From: an uncultured delta proteobacterium
GTDB taxonomy: Bacteria > Desulfobacterota > Binatia > UBA9968
Assembly: GCA_963755715.1 (NCBI GenBank)
Contig: CAVWLW010000072.1
Location: 1-64,000 of the forward strand
Direction: 5' to 3'
DNA: 64,000 bases
Below, piece after piece: positions 60,587 through 64,000 of this stretch (its first letter is position 1; each line of letters opens with the position of its first letter). The translations under genes and the position numbers were made by a program. The notes under the pieces were generated by a model, which ran no database searches, was not told where the DNA came from, and saw only the letters and a program-made list of their open reading frames with translations.

Positions 60587-61426
60587 ATGACACTCGAAAC
60601 GCAGCTTCTCGATTTCACAACCAGCGACAAGGAAACCCTGCACGGTCTGCTGTTTTCGCCGCGCGAGCGCAAATCCGATCTCGCTCTGCTGCTGGTGCAT
60701 GGCGTCGCGATGAATTTTTATCTGCCGCCGCTGCCTAGCTTCGCTCAGGCGCTCGCGCAACAGGGTTATCATTGCTTCGTCATCAACACGCGCGGTCACG
60801 ACTGGATCAATCGCGCCGGCGGTGATCTCTTTGATTTCTGCGGAGCGACTTACGAAAAGTTCGAGGACAGCGCAAAAGACTACGACGGGGCGTTGGAACG
60901 TCTCAGCAGTTTGGGCTACACACGCTTCATCCTCGTCAGCCACAGTCTCGGCTGCGTCAAATCGCTTTTATACCAGGGCACGCGCAAGCGCGCCGACGTG
61001 ATCGGCGTGATTTCCTGCTCTTGCCCAAAGCAGTTTTATTCTGCGCGCGCCGCCGAGCAGCCCGAGTTCACGCAGGTCTTGGAGCAAGCCGAAGCGATGG
61101 TCGCCCGGGGAAAGGGGAAAGAGTTTCTCTGGGCGATGGCGAGCGGCGCTCCGGCGCTTTTTTCCGCCGCAACGTACGTCAACAAGTACGGCAAGCACGA
61201 GAACAACGATGTGCGACCGCACGCGGGCCGCCTTGGCTGCCCGCATCTCGCCATCGCCGGCGGCGCCGAGCATCCGTTTTTCCCTGAATACGCGAAAGCG
61301 CTGGCGCAAGCGAGCGGCGCCGGCGGCAGCTACAAAATCGTTCCAGGCTCGGATCATTTCTATCACGGCCACGAATCCGAGGTGATCGACATTCTCGCCG
61401 ATTGGCTCAAACAATTTAAGATCTGA
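60587..61426 (+). CDS. Alpha/beta hydrolase, tandem paralog 1
   Basis: LVHG, NTRGHD, SHSLG, GSDHFY. Confidence 0.88.
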   Translation: MTLETQLLDFTTSDKETLHGLLFSPRERKSDLALLLVHGVAMNFYLPPLPSFAQALAQQGYHCFVINTRGHDWINRAGGDLFDFCGATYEKFEDSAKDYDGALERLSSLGYTRFILVSHSLGCVKSLLYQGTRKRADVIGVISCSCPKQFYSARAAEQPEFTQVLEQAEAMVARGKGKEFLWAMASGAPALFSAATYVNKYGKHENNDVRPHAGRLGCPHLAIAGGAEHPFFPEYAKALAQASGAGGSYKIVPGSDHFYHGHESEVIDILADWLKQFKI

Positions 61427-61464
61427 CTTACTTATGCGACAATTTTCTGCGACAGCCTTCTCCA

Positions 61465-62302
61465 ATGAACTTCCAAACCGAAATCTGCACATTTAAAACC
61501 GCCGATAACGAACGCTTGCATGGCGCACTTTTCACGCCGCCGGAGAGACCACCCGATCTCGCGCTGCTCTTTGTCCATGGCGTAGCGATGAATTTTTATT
61601 TGGCGCCGCTGTTTACGTTTGGTCAGGATTTGGCTTCGCGCGGCTTTCACAGCTTCGTCATCAATACGCGCGGCCATGACTGGATCTCCCGCGCCGGCAA
61701 TCTGACCAAGTTCGGCGGCTCGGCCTATGAAAATCTCGAAGACTGCCTGCCCGATCTCGACGGCGCGCTGGATTATTTGAAGGATCAAGGCTACCGCCGT
61801 TTCATTTTGATCGGCCATAGCCTCGGCGCGATCAAGTCGATTATTTATCAGGGCACGCGCCGGCGCGCCGACATCGTCGGCATCGTTTCCTGCTCGGCGC
61901 CGCGGCAATTCTACTCTGAACGGGTCGCCCGTCAGGCCGGATTTCGCGAAGTCATCGAAAAGGCCGAAGCGATGATCGCCGAAGGCAAAGGCGAAGAATT
62001 ATTGTCCATCAGTGTCGGAGCAACTCCGGGCATCTTCACCGCGCGCGCACACGTGAACAAGTACGGCAGAGACGACAATAACGATTGCCGCCCTTACGCG
62101 AAGCATCTCGGCTGCCCGCTCCTCGCAATCGTCGGCAGCGCGGAGCCCAAGTTCTTTTATGAATACGCGCAAGAGATCGTCGCCGGCGTCGGCGCGAAGG
62201 GCGTTTGCAAGCTGGTCGACGGCGCCAATCACTTTTATAACCGCCACACCGCGGCAGATCGTCGAAATCATCAATGAATGGCTGGTCCAGTTCAACGACT
62301 GA
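61465..62302 (+). CDS. Alpha/beta hydrolase, tandem paralog 2; +1 indel at about 62252
   Basis: FVHG, NTRGHD, GHSLG, GANHFY; corrected end QIVEIINEWLVQFND*. Confidence 0.86.
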
Positions 62303-62314
62303 AAGCGCTGCTTA

Positions 62315-63343
62315 ATGTCGCGAATTCTTACATTCGGGTGCGCCTTTTTCGTTTTCAGCGTCGTTCTACAGACTCGGCTCACTGCCAAGGAATCTCTCGC
62401 CGCGCAAGCGCCGGCAAAAATCGCCGTCGGTTACGCGACCATCAGCAACTCTTCGCTGGCGCTCTGGCTCGCGCAAGATGAAAAAATTTTCGCCAAAAAC
62501 GGCATCGACGCGGACCTGGTCTTCATGCCCGGCTCGCCGACCTTGATCGCGGCGATCAATTCCGGCGCCCTCGCCGTCGGCTTCACCGGCGGCACCGCCA
62601 TCTTGGCCGCCGCGGCCGGCGGCGCCGACTTCAAAGTCCTCGCGGCGTCCCACGTGCGCTCCAACCATGATTTAGTCGTCAAGCCGGATATCAAGCGAGC
62701 CGAAGATCTGCGCGGCAAGCGGATCGGCGTCACCAGCATCGGCGGCACAGGCTGGATGGCCGCGATGCTGGTATTCGAGCAATTAGGTTTGAACCCGGAT
62801 AAAGACAAACTGATTATCTCCGCCTTCGGTGAGATGAGAATCATCAGCCGAGCCTTGGAAACCGGCACCATCGACGGAGCGCTCGTCACCGGAAATTTTA
62901 CCTCTCAATTCAGGCGCGCCGGGTATAACATTTTAGGTGAGCTTGAAAAGGTGCCGATGATGGGCAACGCGGTTGTGGTGAAACAGACTTTTCTCCAGAG
63001 CCAGAGAGATTTTCTGCGCAATTTTCTCCGTGCCATCGGCGAAGCGCAGGTTTTCGTGCTGAGCCCGATCAAACGTCAGTCCGTGCTAAAAGTACTGACC
63101 AAGCGCTTGAGCATCACAGACCCCGCGGTGGCCGAGGATGCGCTGCAAGATTTGCTCAAACGGCTGGACAAGAAGCCGATCCCGTCGATCCAAGCCCTGC
63201 GCAACATCCAGCGCTTCTTGCAGACCCAGAATCCGAAAGTCGGCCAAGTCAAGCTGGAAGATTTGATTGACGATTCTATCGTGCGCGAGTTAGACAAGAG
63301 CGGCTACTTCGAGCGCATCAACGCCGAGTACGGCGTGAAATGA
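62315..63343 (+). CDS. NMT1/SsuA-type ABC substrate-binding protein (orphan)
   Basis: IFAKNGID, EDLRGKRIGVTSIGG, LDKSGYFERINAEYGVK. Confidence 0.9.
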   Translation: MSRILTFGCAFFVFSVVLQTRLTAKESLAAQAPAKIAVGYATISNSSLALWLAQDEKIFAKNGIDADLVFMPGSPTLIAAINSGALAVGFTGGTAILAAAAGGADFKVLAASHVRSNHDLVVKPDIKRAEDLRGKRIGVTSIGGTGWMAAMLVFEQLGLNPDKDKLIISAFGEMRIISRALETGTIDGALVTGNFTSQFRRAGYNILGELEKVPMMGNAVVVKQTFLQSQRDFLRNFLRAIGEAQVFVLSPIKRQSVLKVLTKRLSITDPAVAEDALQDLLKRLDKKPIPSIQALRNIQRFLQTQNPKVGQVKLEDLIDDSIVRELDKSGYFERINAEYGVK

Positions 63344-63353
63344 TCGTTCATCG

Positions 63354-64000
63354 ATGAACGTTTTGAGCCACAAAGTCGTCGTCATACATTGCCGGGATTT
63401 TGGTCCTTGTCGAGCGCGAACATTTCTTTTTCAGCCGCCGCGCCGATCAAATTGATCGTCGGATACGCCGCCCTGAACGCGCGCATCAGCCCGCTCTGGC
63501 TGGCGGAGGAACAGGGATATTTAGCCAAATACGGGTTACAGGTCGAACAGGTTTATCTGCGCGGCGCGCCGACTCTGGTTGCGGGCCTCGCATCCGGGGA
63601 CATTCAGCTCGGCCGCAGCGGCGGCAGCGCGACTTTGGCCGCCATCGGCGCCGGCCACGATTTCAAAATCGTCGCGACCTTTTCCAGCCGCAACACTTAC
63701 GATTTCATCGCGCGCCCCAATATCAAGCGCGCCGAAGATCTGCGCGGCAAAAAGATCGCGGTGACCAGTATCGGCGGCACCACCTGGATGGGCGTGTTGC
63801 TCTGGCTCGAACATTTTGGCTTGGAACCACAGCGCGACAACATTCTCTTGCAAGTTCTCGGCGATCAAAACGTCCAGAGCCAGGCCGTTGAGACCGGCAT
63901 CGCCGACGCCGCGGCCCTCGACGGCATATGGAGCAAGCGATTAAAGCAAAAAAGCTTCACCACTCTCGGGGAGTATTCCGACCTAAAACAACGCATCGTC
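63354..64000 (+). CDS. NMT1/SsuA-type ABC substrate-binding protein, 3' truncated by window; start region uncertain or frameshifted
   Basis: Frame from 63434 reads AAAPIKLIVGYAALNARISPLWLAEEQGYLAKYGL...EDLRGKKIAVTSIGG. Confidence 0.82.

Overview
GC-rich bacterial chromosomal segment. Gene content and style (many orphan NMT1/SsuA-type binding proteins, amidohydrolases, cupins, LLM, UbiD) suggest Candidatus Binatia or a related deltaproteobacterium; this is inference only. It carries about 55 protein genes, mostly for solute uptake and small-molecule catabolism. Main blocks: a tripartite tricarboxylate transporter locus interleaved with two c-type heme proteins; a dipeptide-type ABC locus lacking ATPases; nine orphan NMT1-type binding proteins; an accessory block (about 19.7-25.4 kb) with a GIY-YIG/DUF4357 nuclease and an attC-like site; a REP-flanked RAYT transposase; and an assimilatory sulfate-reduction/siroheme cluster under a CymR-like Rrf2 regulator. 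No rRNA, tRNA or CRISPR array was seen. About a dozen genes carry small indels that look like sequencing errors. Most unusual candidates: two small orphan genes behind sigma54-like promoters whose 3' ends are complementary to their own 5' leaders or RBSs, a secreted argininosuccinate-lyase-like enzyme, a tandem pair of internally repeated unknown proteins, and several families of short intergenic repeats.
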